In this document: in pieces, positions 17,631-27,426 of the stretch
Layout of the letters: each line of letters starts with the position of its first letter
How positions within the stretch are numbered: position 1 is the stretch's first letter
Assembly (NCBI GenBank): GCA_963737655.1
Contig: CAVTTN010000002.1
Span: forward strand, 7,264,001-7,328,000
Direction of reading: 5' to 3'
DNA: 64,000 bases
Origin: an uncultured Planctomycetota bacterium
GTDB lineage: Bacteria; Planctomycetota; Planctomycetia; Isosphaerales; Isosphaeraceae
Position numbers and translations under genes: made by a program
Notes under the pieces: generated by a model
What the model saw: the letters and a program-made list of their open reading frames with translations, nothing else
Told to the model about the DNA's origin: nothing
Database searches by the model: none

Positions 17631-18383
17631 TCACGGACGCAGCTTCAAGTTCTTCGCGTGGAAGGCGATCGCTTCCTGGACGTGCTTGTCCCAGTAGCCC
17701 CATTCGTGAGAACCGGGGAATTCCTGGTAGTCGTGGGCGATGTGCAGGTCGTCCAGGTGCTTGTGGAAGGCGCGATTCTGGTCCAGGAGGAAGTCCTCGG
17801 TCCCGCAGTCGATCCGGAGGGCCGGCAGGAGGCCGTGGTCGATCGTCTTGACGAGCGAGAACGGGTCGTTCGGGCTTCCGGAAGGCTCCTTGCCGAAGAT
17901 CCTGACCCATTCGGGGTTGGATATTCTCTTCCAGAACGCGTCGTGGGTGAAGCCCAGGGCGCCGGAGTGGGAATTCACGCTGGCGAACATGTCGTGATGC
18001 TTGATTCCGACCTTCACGGCGCCGTATCCGCCCATCGAGAGGCCGCCGATGCATCGGCCGGCGCGTTCGGCCTTCACGGGGAAGGTGCGATCGACGAGGC
18101 CGACGACGTCCTTCACCAGGTCGCTCTCGTAGGCGAGCCCTTCGAGGGCGTCGGTGTAGAACCCCCGGCCGCCGTCGGGCATGACGACGCAGAGGGGCAG
18201 GCCCTGGACGTACCGTTCCACGCTCGTCCGCCTCATCCAGATGGTCTGGTCGTCGGAGAGGCCGTGGAGGAGGTAGAAGACCGACCAGGGCTTGGGGATC
18301 GCCGGGTCGTCGGGGAAGACGATGTTGAAGGTGGACGCCTTCCCCAGGCTCCGGCTCAGATAGTTGACCGTCGCGAACGCCAT
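17631..18383 (-). CDS. Alpha/beta-hydrolase esterase (tributyrin esterase/S-formylglutathione hydrolase-like)
   Basis: YLLHGL, GLSMGG nucleophile elbow, DCG..DFL, GSHEW. Confidence 0.9.
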   Translation of the reverse strand: MAFATVNYLSRSLGKASTFNIVFPDDPAIPKPWSVFYLLHGLSDDQTIWMRRTSVERYVQGLPLCVVMPDGGRGFYTDALEGLAYESDLVKDVVGLVDRTFPVKAERAGRCIGGLSMGGYGAVKVGIKHHDMFASVNSHSGALGFTHDAFWKRISNPEWVRIFGKEPSGSPNDPFSLVKTIDHGLLPALRIDCGTEDFLLDQNRAFHKHLDDLHIAHDYQEFPGSHEWGYWDKHVQEAIAFHAKNLKLRP

Positions 18384-18405
18384 CGGCCGCCCCTCGGATC
18401 GAGAG

Positions 18406-18738
18406 TTACTTGATCTTGGCCCCGGGGACGCATTCGGGGTCGTCGGGCGTGAGCAGGACGACCTTCTCCCCCGACGTGGCCGCCAGGAGCATCCCGTTGG
18501 AAGTCTCTCCGCGGAGCATGGCCGGCGCGAGGTTGTTGACGACGACGATCAGCTTGCCCACGAGCGCCTCCGGCGGATAGTACGCGCGGATGCCGGCGAC
18601 GATCTGCTTGGTCTCGCCGCCGACGTCGATCTGGAGGAGCAGGAGCTTGTCCGCGTTGGGGTGAGGGCGGGCCTCCAGGACCTTCGCGACCCGCAATTCC
18701 AGCTTGGCGAAGTCTTCGTAGGAGATCGGGTCGGCCAT
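18406..18738 (-). CDS. Stand-alone tRNA-binding OB-fold protein (MetRS C-terminal/CsaA/Trbp111 type)
   Basis: HPNADKLL, KQIVAGI, NLAPAMLRG.TSNGMLLAA, PGAKIK. Confidence 0.9.
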   Translation of the reverse strand: MADPISYEDFAKLELRVAKVLEARPHPNADKLLLLQIDVGGETKQIVAGIRAYYPPEALVGKLIVVVNNLAPAMLRGETSNGMLLAATSGEKVVLLTPDDPECVPGAKIK

Positions 18739-18785
18739 GATGTTCGGTCGCCTTTTGCGGTGACGAGTCCTCGAGCAAGAGCGGC

Positions 18786-18814
18786 ATCGTAGCGCGCCCG
18801 GAAGGTCGTGTCAA
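18786..18814 (-). promoter_or_regulatory. Sigma70-type promoter
   Basis: Minus strand TTGACA-17 nt-TACGAT upstream of the tRNA-binding/esterase/recN run. Confidence 0.75.
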
Positions 18815-18961
18815 GCGGCGTCTCTGAACGGGCGTCTATCTGCGGAAACGTCCGCGGGAGGGGCGTCTAAAACCGGGGCTCGGCCTGGGTTTTTTCCTGG
18901 CGGGCCCGACGAGGTCACCGCTAGGATCGGGCGAGGGATGGTCCCTTCTCGATGGGGAGAG

Positions 18962-19390
18962 ATGACGATGCCGTGGGACGCCGCCAAGGCCGTGCAGTAC
19001 CTCCAGGACAACGCCGAGCCGCACAGCACGGGGCATTGTGCGCAGTATGTTCGCGAGGCGATCGAGGCGGGGGGCGTCACGCTCCATCGCCACAACTCGG
19101 CGAAGGATTATGGGTCGAGCCTGACGGCCGTGGGGTTCGCGGAGGTCTCCACCGGCACCGGCTATCATCACCGGGCCGGAGACGTGGGGATCGTCCAGCC
19201 GATCCCGGGGCATCCTCACGGCCACATGGCGATGTTCGACGGGACGCACTGGATTTCGGACTTCGTCCAGTTGCACGGGATCTACCCGGGGCAGGGGTAT
19301 CGGACGATCAAGCCGCCCTATGCGATCTATCGTTATCCGGTGGTCTGGACCGGCTCGGACGCGAGCCAGGCGGCCCCGGCGATGGCGTGA
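18962..19390 (+). CDS. CHAP/NlpC-P60-like cysteine amidase (putative peptidoglycan hydrolase)
   Basis: GHCAQYVREAIEAGG...GDV...HGHMAMFDG..WISDFVQ gives a Cys/His dyad; no signal peptide. Confidence 0.75.
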   Translation: MTMPWDAAKAVQYLQDNAEPHSTGHCAQYVREAIEAGGVTLHRHNSAKDYGSSLTAVGFAEVSTGTGYHHRAGDVGIVQPIPGHPHGHMAMFDGTHWISDFVQLHGIYPGQGYRTIKPPYAIYRYPVVWTGSDASQAAPAMA

Positions 19391-19561
19391 GCCGTCGCGG
19401 GGGCCGGTCGCGAGGGTCGGGGCAAGGATGCCTCGGATGACGCCGCGAGGCATCCGACCGAGCCGACGAGGTTGGCCGAAGGATCGCGCGCCGCCGATCT
19501 CCGAGGGATAGGTCGAAGTCGCCCGCAATGCTCCGCTCCGGTCCCGGACCCGGGGTCTTTC

Positions 19562-20221
19562 ATGGATGGAATGCGCCCGATCGCCCGGATGCTCGTTCGA
19601 GGCGCCGCCCTGGGCTGGATGGGGTCGGTCGCGGGCGGTTGTGCCCACGTGAGGCCGTCGCAATCGGGGTTCCTCAGCGATTATTCCGGGCTGATCCGCA
19701 CCGACGCGAGGTTCCACGAGCAGGGGGGGCTGGAACGGAGCCTCGTCGCGCCCTCGGGCTTCGGAGGGCTCGACGGCATCGATTCGTTCTACATCGAGCC
19801 GGTGGCGTGGATGGTGGACGATCGGAAATGGGTCGGCCGGAGCGCCTGGTTCCGCGATCGGGTGGTCTCGGCCTTCGAGGAGGAGCTGCGCGACCAGCTC
19901 GGGACGCTCCGCCCGATCGTTTCCGAGCCGGGCCCGAGGACGGCGACGGTCCGCTCGGCGGTCACCAACGCGGTCCGCACCCGCCCGTTGTTCAACGCGG
20001 GGATGGCCGCGTACCTGATCCAGCCGATGTTCAACGGCGGGGGCGCCTTCGAGGTCGAGGCGATCGCGCCCGACGGCTCGCAGGTGGCGGCCGTCTCGAC
20101 CTCCTCGACCGGAGGCCCGTTCGAGCTGGCCAGCTACTTCGTCCTGAGCGTCCAGGCCGCCGACTCCGCCCGCCGGGCCGCCGCCGACCTCCGCGCCGCC
20201 CTGGCAATCGCGGGGCCGTAG
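19562..20221 (+). CDS. DUF3313-like lipoprotein
   Basis: Lipobox AGGC followed by SGFLSDYSGL; start uncertain. Confidence 0.65.
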   Translation: MDGMRPIARMLVRGAALGWMGSVAGGCAHVRPSQSGFLSDYSGLIRTDARFHEQGGLERSLVAPSGFGGLDGIDSFYIEPVAWMVDDRKWVGRSAWFRDRVVSAFEEELRDQLGTLRPIVSEPGPRTATVRSAVTNAVRTRPLFNAGMAAYLIQPMFNGGGAFEVEAIAPDGSQVAAVSTSSTGGPFELASYFVLSVQAADSARRAAADLRAALAIAGP

Positions 20222-20331
20222 CCGGCCGCCGCCCACGGACGACCGAGATTGCCCTTGCCCGAAGCGGCGATCGGCCTATGATCTCGCGCGAACGATCGCC
20301 GTTCTCTTTTTCCTTGCCCCGAGGCCCCGGC

Positions 20332-21993
20332 ATGGACGCCGTCCCCGAGTCTTCGCCCGAGTCGTCCCGGCTCTCGGCCCGATCGATGGTCCTGATCGCC
20401 GCGTTCGGGGCGTCGCTGTTTCTCGTCGATTTCGGCCGAGGATGGGTGCTGACCTACCACGAGGCCTTCTTCGCCGAGCCCGCCCGGGAGATGCTCCGCT
20501 CGGGGGACTGGATCGTCCCGAGGATGGCCGGCGTCCCGTCGTGGCAGAAGCCGCCGCTGACCCACTGGATGATCGCCGCGACGATGGGCCTCTTGCGGAC
20601 CGAGGCGGAATGGGCCGTCCGGTTGCCGACCCTGATTTGCACGATCCTGGCCGCCCTGTTCGTCGCCGCGATGGCGACCCGGTGGCACGGCGAGAGGGTC
20701 GGGCGGGTCGCGGGCTTGATCCAGTTGACTTGCTTTTATGTGCTCTTCCAGGGACGGCTCGCCGAGGCGGACATGCCGTTCTGCGCGGCGGTCACCGGGT
20801 CGATGCTCGGCCTGGCCACCGGGACGATCGGCCGGGATCGCGCGAGCTGGGCCAGCCGCATGGGGTTCTTCCTCGGCGCCGGGGCATCCTTCCTGATCAA
20901 GGGCCCATTCGGCCCGGTCCTGATCGGCGGGGCGGCGTTCGTGTTCGCGTGCGTCGAGAGGCGCCGGGCCGTCTGGCGGTTCCTGTTCGATCCGGTCGGC
21001 CTGACCTTGATGACGATCTGCTGCCTCGTCTGGCCGATCCTGGCCTATCGGGCCGATCCGACGGTCTTGACCGACTGGCGGACTCATAATCTCGACCGTT
21101 TCACGGGCGAATATGACGGCAAGAAACATCCGCTCTTCTACTGGTGGATCATCCCGTCGATCCTCCTGCCCTGGACGCCCGCGGTGATCGGCGGCCTGAT
21201 CGCCGGGTTCCGCGACGAGGGGCGGCCGAGGAGCCTCTGGAGGCTGATGGCCTGCTGGTTCGGCGTGGGGCTGGCGATCATCTCGATGTCGGCGTGGAAG
21301 CACAAGCATTACCCGATCCCCATGCTCCCCCCGGCGTCGATCGTCGCGGCGTATGGGCTGTGCCGGTACGTGGTCGAGGCGAGGAAGACGGGCCGATCCC
21401 CGGCGTTCGTCACGGCCGTCCTGCTCGCGATGGCGGGCGCCGCGGGGATGGCGATCGGGGCGACGAAGGGGCAGTCGGTGACGATGGCCGTCGGCGGGTT
21501 CGGGGTGGTGTCCGGAGTCGGATTGGCCCTGGCCTTCCGGCTCCGAAGGAGCGGCCGGCTCGATGCGGCGCTCGCGGCCCTGTTCGCGGCGACGTGGCTC
21601 GTGATGGTCCTGAACCAGTCGATCGTGATGCCCCGGTTCGACCGCTACCGGGAGCAGGCGGAACTGGCCGGGCGGACCAACGCGAGGCTCGCGCCGGGAG
21701 AGCCGATCTATCTGGTCGAAGTGCCGCAGCCGCAGGTGTTGTTCTACCTCCGCCATCCCTTGAAGCGGTTCGACTCGCAACCCGAATTCGCCCTCGATTG
21801 CCTGATGACCCGGCAGGAATCGCCGGTCCTGGTGATCGGCCCGAAGGCGGCGATCGACGACCTCGAAGCGATCGGGACGGTCGATCGGCTCGACCGCTCG
21901 CCGACGCTCCACCAGCTCACGACGGCCAGGTTCACCCCGGAGCCGGCGAGGATTGCGATGCTATTGCTCGAAGGGGATTCGCTGGTCCGTTAA
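20332..21993 (+). CDS. ArnT/PMT-family (GT-C) glycosyltransferase
   Basis: HEAFFAEPAREML.SGDWIVP, KPPLTHW, AVRLP, IKGP, KHKHY. Confidence 0.9.
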   Translation: MDAVPESSPESSRLSARSMVLIAAFGASLFLVDFGRGWVLTYHEAFFAEPAREMLRSGDWIVPRMAGVPSWQKPPLTHWMIAATMGLLRTEAEWAVRLPTLICTILAALFVAAMATRWHGERVGRVAGLIQLTCFYVLFQGRLAEADMPFCAAVTGSMLGLATGTIGRDRASWASRMGFFLGAGASFLIKGPFGPVLIGGAAFVFACVERRRAVWRFLFDPVGLTLMTICCLVWPILAYRADPTVLTDWRTHNLDRFTGEYDGKKHPLFYWWIIPSILLPWTPAVIGGLIAGFRDEGRPRSLWRLMACWFGVGLAIISMSAWKHKHYPIPMLPPASIVAAYGLCRYVVEARKTGRSPAFVTAVLLAMAGAAGMAIGATKGQSVTMAVGGFGVVSGVGLALAFRLRRSGRLDAALAALFAATWLVMVLNQSIVMPRFDRYREQAELAGRTNARLAPGEPIYLVEVPQPQVLFYLRHPLKRFDSQPEFALDCLMTRQESPVLVIGPKAAIDDLEAIGTVDRLDRSPTLHQLTTARFTPEPARIAMLLLEGDSLVR

Positions 21994-23244
21994 CGACCGG
22001 CCCAATTCGGCGCGGAGCTTCGTGACGCGATCAAGGAGCGTCGAGAACCGGGCATCCCACGAGGCATCGTCGCGGAGGACCGCCGATCGGCCGGTTTCCG
22101 CGAGCCGAGAGGCGAGACCGGGGTCGGTCACGAGGCGATCGAGGGCGTTGGCGAGGGCACCGACGTCGCCGAACGGCACGAGCAGGCCGTTCTCCTCGTG
22201 GCGGACGACCTCGACCACGCCTCCGGCCCTCGCCGCGACCACCGGCTTGCCGTTGGCCCAGGCTTCGAGGTAGACGATCCCGAACGAATCGTTTCGCGAG
22301 GGCATGGCGAAGATGTCCAGGGCCGCGTAGAAGTCCGGGACTTCGGCCGCCGGGATCGGGCCGAGGACCGTCAGCCAATCGCTCGAAGAGGGCGGAAGAG
22401 TCGCGAGGAAGGCATCGAAGGCCGGGGACGGCGCACCGGCCAGCGCGAGGCGAACCGATTCGTTCGCGGGTCTCGCTTCGTTGAGCGTCGCCACGGCGCG
22501 GACCAGGTCGATGGTCCCTTTCTCGGGGTCGAGCGCGCCGAGCTGGCCGATCAACGTCTGATTGGGATCGATGCCCAGGCGATCTCTTAAACGATCGCGA
22601 TCTCCGCCCGTGACCTCGGCCGGCTCGATGGCCATCGGCAAGGTCAGGAGGCGATCGGCGGGGATTCCCCACGATTCGATCGTTCGGGCTTCCAGAGATG
22701 TGGGAGTGACGATCAGATCGGCCCGGGAGAGCAGGCGCATTTGATGGGGGCGGGTATAGCTGCGATGCACCCGATCGCCCGGTGAGGAGAGGTGGAGGAA
22801 GGGCGTGAGGATCAACGGGGCCTTCGCCGCTCGGGCGGTCTTCAGGGCGCCGAGGGAGAAGATCGTGAAGGGAAAACCGACGCCGAACACCGCGTCGAAG
22901 TCGCCTCGGACGTGCTCGATCGCCGGGAGGACGGGCATGAACGACTCCCACCGGCATTGCGTGGGCCAGTGGGGGACGTAGCTCAGCAACCGGCCGACGT
23001 ATCGCTGGAACGGGAAGTGTTTGACCGCGAATCGATGGACCGTCGCGCCATCGACTGCGGATTCCGCGGGGGCCTCGACCTTGCGGGCCTTCGGGTTGGC
23101 GAAATGGCGGAGGTCGTGGGCGTTCGCGGTGAAGACGTCGGCCGAATGTCCGCTAGCCACGAACCGGCGGACCATCGCGCGGGCGAAGGTCTCGGCCCCT
23201 CCGATGCAGGGCGCGTAACGATGGATGAACAGAGCGATTTTCAT
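21961..23244 (-). CDS. GT4-family glycosyltransferase
   Basis: GGAE at the N-terminus; EKG; DSFGIVYLEAWANGKPVVA. Confidence 0.92.
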   Translation of the reverse strand: MKIALFIHRYAPCIGGAETFARAMVRRFVASGHSADVFTANAHDLRHFANPKARKVEAPAESAVDGATVHRFAVKHFPFQRYVGRLLSYVPHWPTQCRWESFMPVLPAIEHVRGDFDAVFGVGFPFTIFSLGALKTARAAKAPLILTPFLHLSSPGDRVHRSYTRPHQMRLLSRADLIVTPTSLEARTIESWGIPADRLLTLPMAIEPAEVTGGDRDRLRDRLGIDPNQTLIGQLGALDPEKGTIDLVRAVATLNEARPANESVRLALAGAPSPAFDAFLATLPPSSSDWLTVLGPIPAAEVPDFYAALDIFAMPSRNDSFGIVYLEAWANGKPVVAARAGGVVEVVRHEENGLLVPFGDVGALANALDRLVTDPGLASRLAETGRSAVLRDDASWDARFSTLLDRVTKLRAELGRSLTDQRIPFEQ

Positions 23245-23300
23245 GAACATGTAGGGTGCATGAAATGCACCAAGCCCCGGCGGGTGAAGCCCGCGACCAT

Positions 23301-24419
23301 TTATCGCCCTTTCCACGTCACTTTCACAAACCTCGGCCAGTAGAGCCGGGCGTCGTTCAGGACGTGGGCGAAGTCGAACGAGTTGGTGGCGTAGGTGATC
23401 AGCAGTTCGTCGCCGGAGGATTCCTCGGGGTGGGCCTTCGCGGCGTAGCAGAACGCCTTGCGGTCGGTCTTGGCCTCGGGGCAGCGATAGAGGGTCGTCG
23501 GTTCGGACCAGGGGCCGACCGGGCTCGGGGCGACCCGGGCGACGATCTCGTCGGAGAGGCCGAATTTGGTGTAGACCGTCACGAATTGATCGCGGCCGGG
23601 GAGGCGGGAGACCGAGGACTCGTTGGCCATCCGGTCGGCGAGGGGCCCGGCCCGATGGAAATCCTCGACCCACGAGCCTTCGCGGAAGAACCGCCAGGAG
23701 GGGAAGTCGGCCACGGCGTCGGCCTTCACCTTCGCGACGATCATCCTCTTGTTCGGCAGCCGCTCGACGCCCCTTTCCTCGTCGATCCCATAAATGTACA
23801 GGTCTTCGCCTTCGAGGAGCGTGGCGGCGCCGAAGCAGACGATTTTCTTCTCGGACGCCTCGAAGAACGGCAGTTTTTTCTGCTCGAACCGCCATTCCAA
23901 AGGGTCGTCGGCCGGGTTGGGGACGGTGGCCAGCCAGGTTCCGACCTGGCGAAATCCGAACGCGCCGTCGCCGGCCCCCTCGATCTGGGCGAGGAGGAGG
24001 TGGAGCTTGCCTCGGGCGAACGTCGCGGCCTGGGGCCAGTACCAACCCTTGCCGTCGTCGGGCGTGAGGAGGGATCGCGGCTTGCCGTCGGCCCCTCGGC
24101 GGACGACGAACCGGACCTTGGCCGCCTCGCCGTGGCCGTCCTGGATCGCCACGGCGCTGTTGACCATCACCGCGTCGATCCGTTTGCCGTCGCGGACCTT
24201 GCCGACGAACGAATCGTCGAACAGCCAGACGGTGCGATCGGGCGAGATCGGCACGGAGTAGGCGGCGTCGCCGCCGATCCAGCCGTCGGTGGCCCGGAAC
24301 TTCGCGTCCCAGTCGGCGGCCGAATGGGCGTCGATCGGCCCGGGGAGGGGATCGACGGGCTTCGGGGCCTGGGCCAGGAGCGCCAGCCCGAGGATTGCCG
24401 CGACGGGGTATCCCATCAT
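23301..24419 (-). CDS. Secreted DUF4185/DUF5005-like protein
   Basis: Signal peptide; GWIGGDAAYS, WLFDDSFVG, YAAKAHP, YWPRF. Confidence 0.65.
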   Translation of the reverse strand: MMGYPVAAILGLALLAQAPKPVDPLPGPIDAHSAADWDAKFRATDGWIGGDAAYSVPISPDRTVWLFDDSFVGKVRDGKRIDAVMVNSAVAIQDGHGEAAKVRFVVRRGADGKPRSLLTPDDGKGWYWPQAATFARGKLHLLLAQIEGAGDGAFGFRQVGTWLATVPNPADDPLEWRFEQKKLPFFEASEKKIVCFGAATLLEGEDLYIYGIDEERGVERLPNKRMIVAKVKADAVADFPSWRFFREGSWVEDFHRAGPLADRMANESSVSRLPGRDQFVTVYTKFGLSDEIVARVAPSPVGPWSEPTTLYRCPEAKTDRKAFCYAAKAHPEESSGDELLITYATNSFDFAHVLNDARLYWPRFVKVTWKGR

Positions 24420-24730
24420 GACAACGGGGCCCGGTACGGGGCGAAGACGGGCATCGGCTCGTCGCCATTGGTGAGCGGGAATTTCCGCAGGGATTCGGCG
24501 CGGCGGACGATCATTTCGATCTCGGCGCGGACGGCCTTCTTCCCGGCCTCGTCGAGCGACGTCCCATACCTTGCGAGGATGAGATCCATCCTCGCGTCGG
24601 CCTCGGTCCGGGGCTTCGGGGCGTCGTCCTTCGGCGGCTCCTGGCCTCGGGCGGAGAGCGGCAGGGCGGCGGAGGCGCCTCCAAGAGCCAGGGCGCGGAC
24701 GAAGTCGCGGCGGCGGGTCGATTCGGGCAT
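24416..24730 (-). CDS. Small Tat-exported protein
   Basis: TRRRDFV twin-arginine signal; C-terminal LRKFPLTNGDEP..VF. Confidence 0.75.
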   Translation of the reverse strand: MPESTRRRDFVRALALGGASAALPLSARGQEPPKDDAPKPRTEADARMDLILARYGTSLDEAGKKAVRAEIEMIVRRAESLRKFPLTNGDEPMPVFAPYRAPLS

Positions 24731-24744
24731 CGCGGCCAGTCTCC

Positions 24745-26262
24745 TCAGATCACTCGTTCACCGTACGAATGGGATCGCCATCGGAAGAAAAGATAGGCGG
24801 GCAGACCCGCGACGATGATCCCCAGCCCGGCCAGGGACTCGACGAACGAATCCTTCAGCATGTTCCCGATCAGGTACAGGGACGCCGCCACGTACAGCAA
24901 CGGGGTGACCGGGTAGCCCCACGTCCGGTAGGGGCGCTTCAGTTCGGGCCGTTTCCATCTCAGGATGAACACGCTGGCAATCGCCAGGGTGTAGAAGACC
25001 GTCCCGCCGAAGATCACGTAGGTGTAGAGGACATCATAAATCGGCTTCTCGTGGAACGCGACCCACGCCCCGTGGATGAATCCTGGCAATTGCCCCTCCG
25101 CCGGGGGTCTTGCGAGTTGGAACACCGTGGCCAGGACCATCAGGGCGATCGACCACACGGCCTGGACGATGATGGCGTTGGCCGGGGTCCGGAACCTCGG
25201 ATGGACTCTTCCCAGGGCCGGAGGCAAGAGGCCGTCGCGGGCCATCGCGAAATAGGCCCTCGGGCCGCTCAGCGCGTTGCCGTTCAGGGAGATCAGCGTC
25301 GAGCAGACGACCACCAGGGCGATGGCCAGGGCGCCACGATCCCCGAGCAGGGTCTTGCAGAAGACGGCGGCGACCTCCCGGCCCGACCCCTTCGAGGCGC
25401 TCGCCCCGGAGGCGATCGTCTCCATCGGCAGGACCATGTGGTAGACGATCGTCATGCCGAGATAGACGGCGATCAGGATCGCCATCCCGCCCAGGAGGGC
25501 CCGGGGGATCGTCCGGCCCGGGTCGCGCACTTCCTCGGCCATGCTCGCGGCGTTCACCCAGCCGTCGTAGGTCCACAAGACGGCCACCATCGCCACCATG
25601 AACCCGCCGATCGCCTTGCCGTTCACGGCGGAGGGCCACATGGGGGAGAGGTTCGCGACGTGGGCCTTGCCCATCGCGAACGGGACGATCATCATCGCCC
25701 CCAGGGCCCCGAGCTTCAGGACGGTCCCGACGATCTGGACCGAGCCGCTCGCGTGAGTCCCCAGGACGTTGACGACCGCCACGGCCGCCATCGCCAGGAC
25801 GGCCAGGACCGTCAGCCAGATCCGGTGGTCGAGGCCGTTCGGGCCCGGGAAGAGCTGCTGCTGGGCCGCGTAGATCGCGAACGCCGAGGCGAGCGTGGCC
25901 ACCGACCCGGCGCGGATCACCAGGAGCTCGGCCCAGCCGAAGAGGAAGGCGGGGATCTCGCCGAACGCCTCGCGGAGATAGACGTACGGCCCGCCGGCCT
26001 TCGGCAGCATCGCGCCGAGCTCGGCCAGGGTGAGGGCCCCGGCCAGGCTGAACAGGCCGCCGACGACCCAGAGCGTCACGATTCCCGCCATGTCCGGCAC
26101 GTTCGTGGCCACCCAGGCCGGGACGAGGAAGATCCCCGAGCCGATCACCGAGCCGACGACCACGCAGAGCGCGGCCGTCGGGCCGAGCGTCTTGGGCAAT
26201 TCCTCCTTCGAGGGGCCAACCTTGTCGGTCGCGAGTTCGGGGGCGTCCTCGGCGAGGCTCAC
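24745..26262 (-). CDS. APC-family amino acid permease
   Basis: GSVIGSGIF, AELGAMLPKAGGPYVYL, YDGW, RPYRTWGYP. Confidence 0.93.
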   Translation of the reverse strand: MSLAEDAPELATDKVGPSKEELPKTLGPTAALCVVVGSVIGSGIFLVPAWVATNVPDMAGIVTLWVVGGLFSLAGALTLAELGAMLPKAGGPYVYLREAFGEIPAFLFGWAELLVIRAGSVATLASAFAIYAAQQQLFPGPNGLDHRIWLTVLAVLAMAAVAVVNVLGTHASGSVQIVGTVLKLGALGAMMIVPFAMGKAHVANLSPMWPSAVNGKAIGGFMVAMVAVLWTYDGWVNAASMAEEVRDPGRTIPRALLGGMAILIAVYLGMTIVYHMVLPMETIASGASASKGSGREVAAVFCKTLLGDRGALAIALVVVCSTLISLNGNALSGPRAYFAMARDGLLPPALGRVHPRFRTPANAIIVQAVWSIALMVLATVFQLARPPAEGQLPGFIHGAWVAFHEKPIYDVLYTYVIFGGTVFYTLAIASVFILRWKRPELKRPYRTWGYPVTPLLYVAASLYLIGNMLKDSFVESLAGLGIIVAGLPAYLFFRWRSHSYGERVI

Positions 26263-26368
26263 GGGCGCTCCCTTCGCTTCGGGTTCGTCTCGAATCGCCT
26301 AGTTTGCCCAGCCCGTCGGCTCGACGTGGCGGAGGAGCCTCGATCGGCGGACGAGGCCGGATCGATAC

Positions 26369-26398
26369 TTGACAGGAGGGCGGTTCCGGACGCAAACT
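26369..26398 (+). promoter_or_regulatory. Possible sigma70 promoter
   Basis: TTGACA-18 nt-CAAACT. Confidence 0.45.
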
Positions 26399-26675
26399 CT
26401 CCCATGCGGGACGAGCGGAAACGTCGCGAGGTCGCGCGACCCGCCCGAGCCAGCAGGATACGCCGGCCCGCCCGGCGAATCCAGCCCCTTCAGCAAGTCC
26501 GGTCTCCCGATCGAGCATCGGTCCCGCCGGTCCCCGCTCCCACCCGGGGTGAGGCCGTCCCGGGGCCCCCGGAAGTCGCCACCGCTCACATCTTCTGTGG
26601 ATCGGCTCCATTCGCGAGGGTCCCCCCGGCGAAGGCCCCGGATGGGCGGATGCCGGAGGGACACGGAGGCTAGTC

Positions 26676-27197
26676 ATGGGTCTGAATTGCAAGGTCGGAG
26701 GGGCGAAATCGATGTTCGAGGGGGGCTTCGCCACCGAGGTGGCGAGCGTCCTGGACCAGGCCTTTGGCGCCGAGGGGGACTGGGAGGGGAGCGATTCCCG
26801 CCCGTTCGGCGAGATGGCCGGCACTACCTGGGCCGACTTCCAGCAACTCGCCGCCGACGAGCTCGGCGCCGAGGAGATCCCCAACCTCCTCGCCCTGGGC
26901 GCCGGGGCCCGAGGGGTGTATCTCCCGGCGAACGTCCGCGCCGTGACCCTCCCGCTCTCGGCCGGGAATCTCCGGTGCGCCAGCCTCCCGGGGCTCCGCC
27001 GGGAACTGGCCGAGCTCGCCGACCGCTGGGAACTCCCCCTGGATGACGCGGCGTTGGAAGCGATCCTCGAAGTCCACCAGGACCCCGACGACGGCTGGGT
27101 CGCCGACGCCCCGGAGGTCCACACCTTCGCCCGCCTCGCCCTGGCCGCCAACGAGGCCGTCCGCCGCGATTGCCCGTTGTGGCTCGTGGGCGAGTAA
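26676..27197 (+). CDS. Hypothetical acidic protein
   Basis: GGAGG RBS; GC-biased third codon positions; no family recognised. Confidence 0.75.
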   Translation: MGLNCKVGGAKSMFEGGFATEVASVLDQAFGAEGDWEGSDSRPFGEMAGTTWADFQQLAADELGAEEIPNLLALGAGARGVYLPANVRAVTLPLSAGNLRCASLPGLRRELAELADRWELPLDDAALEAILEVHQDPDDGWVADAPEVHTFARLALAANEAVRRDCPLWLVGE

Positions 27198-27219
27198 GAA
27201 AGTCTGGGACGCGAAACTC

Positions 27220-27317
27220 ACCACAGAGGCACGAAGGGCACGAGGGCAGGCACAAAGAGGCCAGGGGGTGTCCCCTCTTCTTTGTGTCTGCCTTCGTGCC
27301 CTTCGTGCCTCTGTGGT
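27220..27317. repeat. 98-bp palindrome with 39-bp arms built from ~9-mer subrepeats
   Basis: ACCACAGAGGCACGAAGGGCACGAGGGCAGGCACAAAGA versus its reverse complement at 27279-27317, 37/39 match. Confidence 0.92.
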
Positions 27318-27426
27318 AAATCCCGCTCACCTTCCCAAAAAACCATCCTCGCGGCCTAAGAATCGGCCCTCCCGAGCGTGATCGGGATGGGCGAGGCCGG
27401 TCCGACGTTCCGTGACGGGAGGCGGG

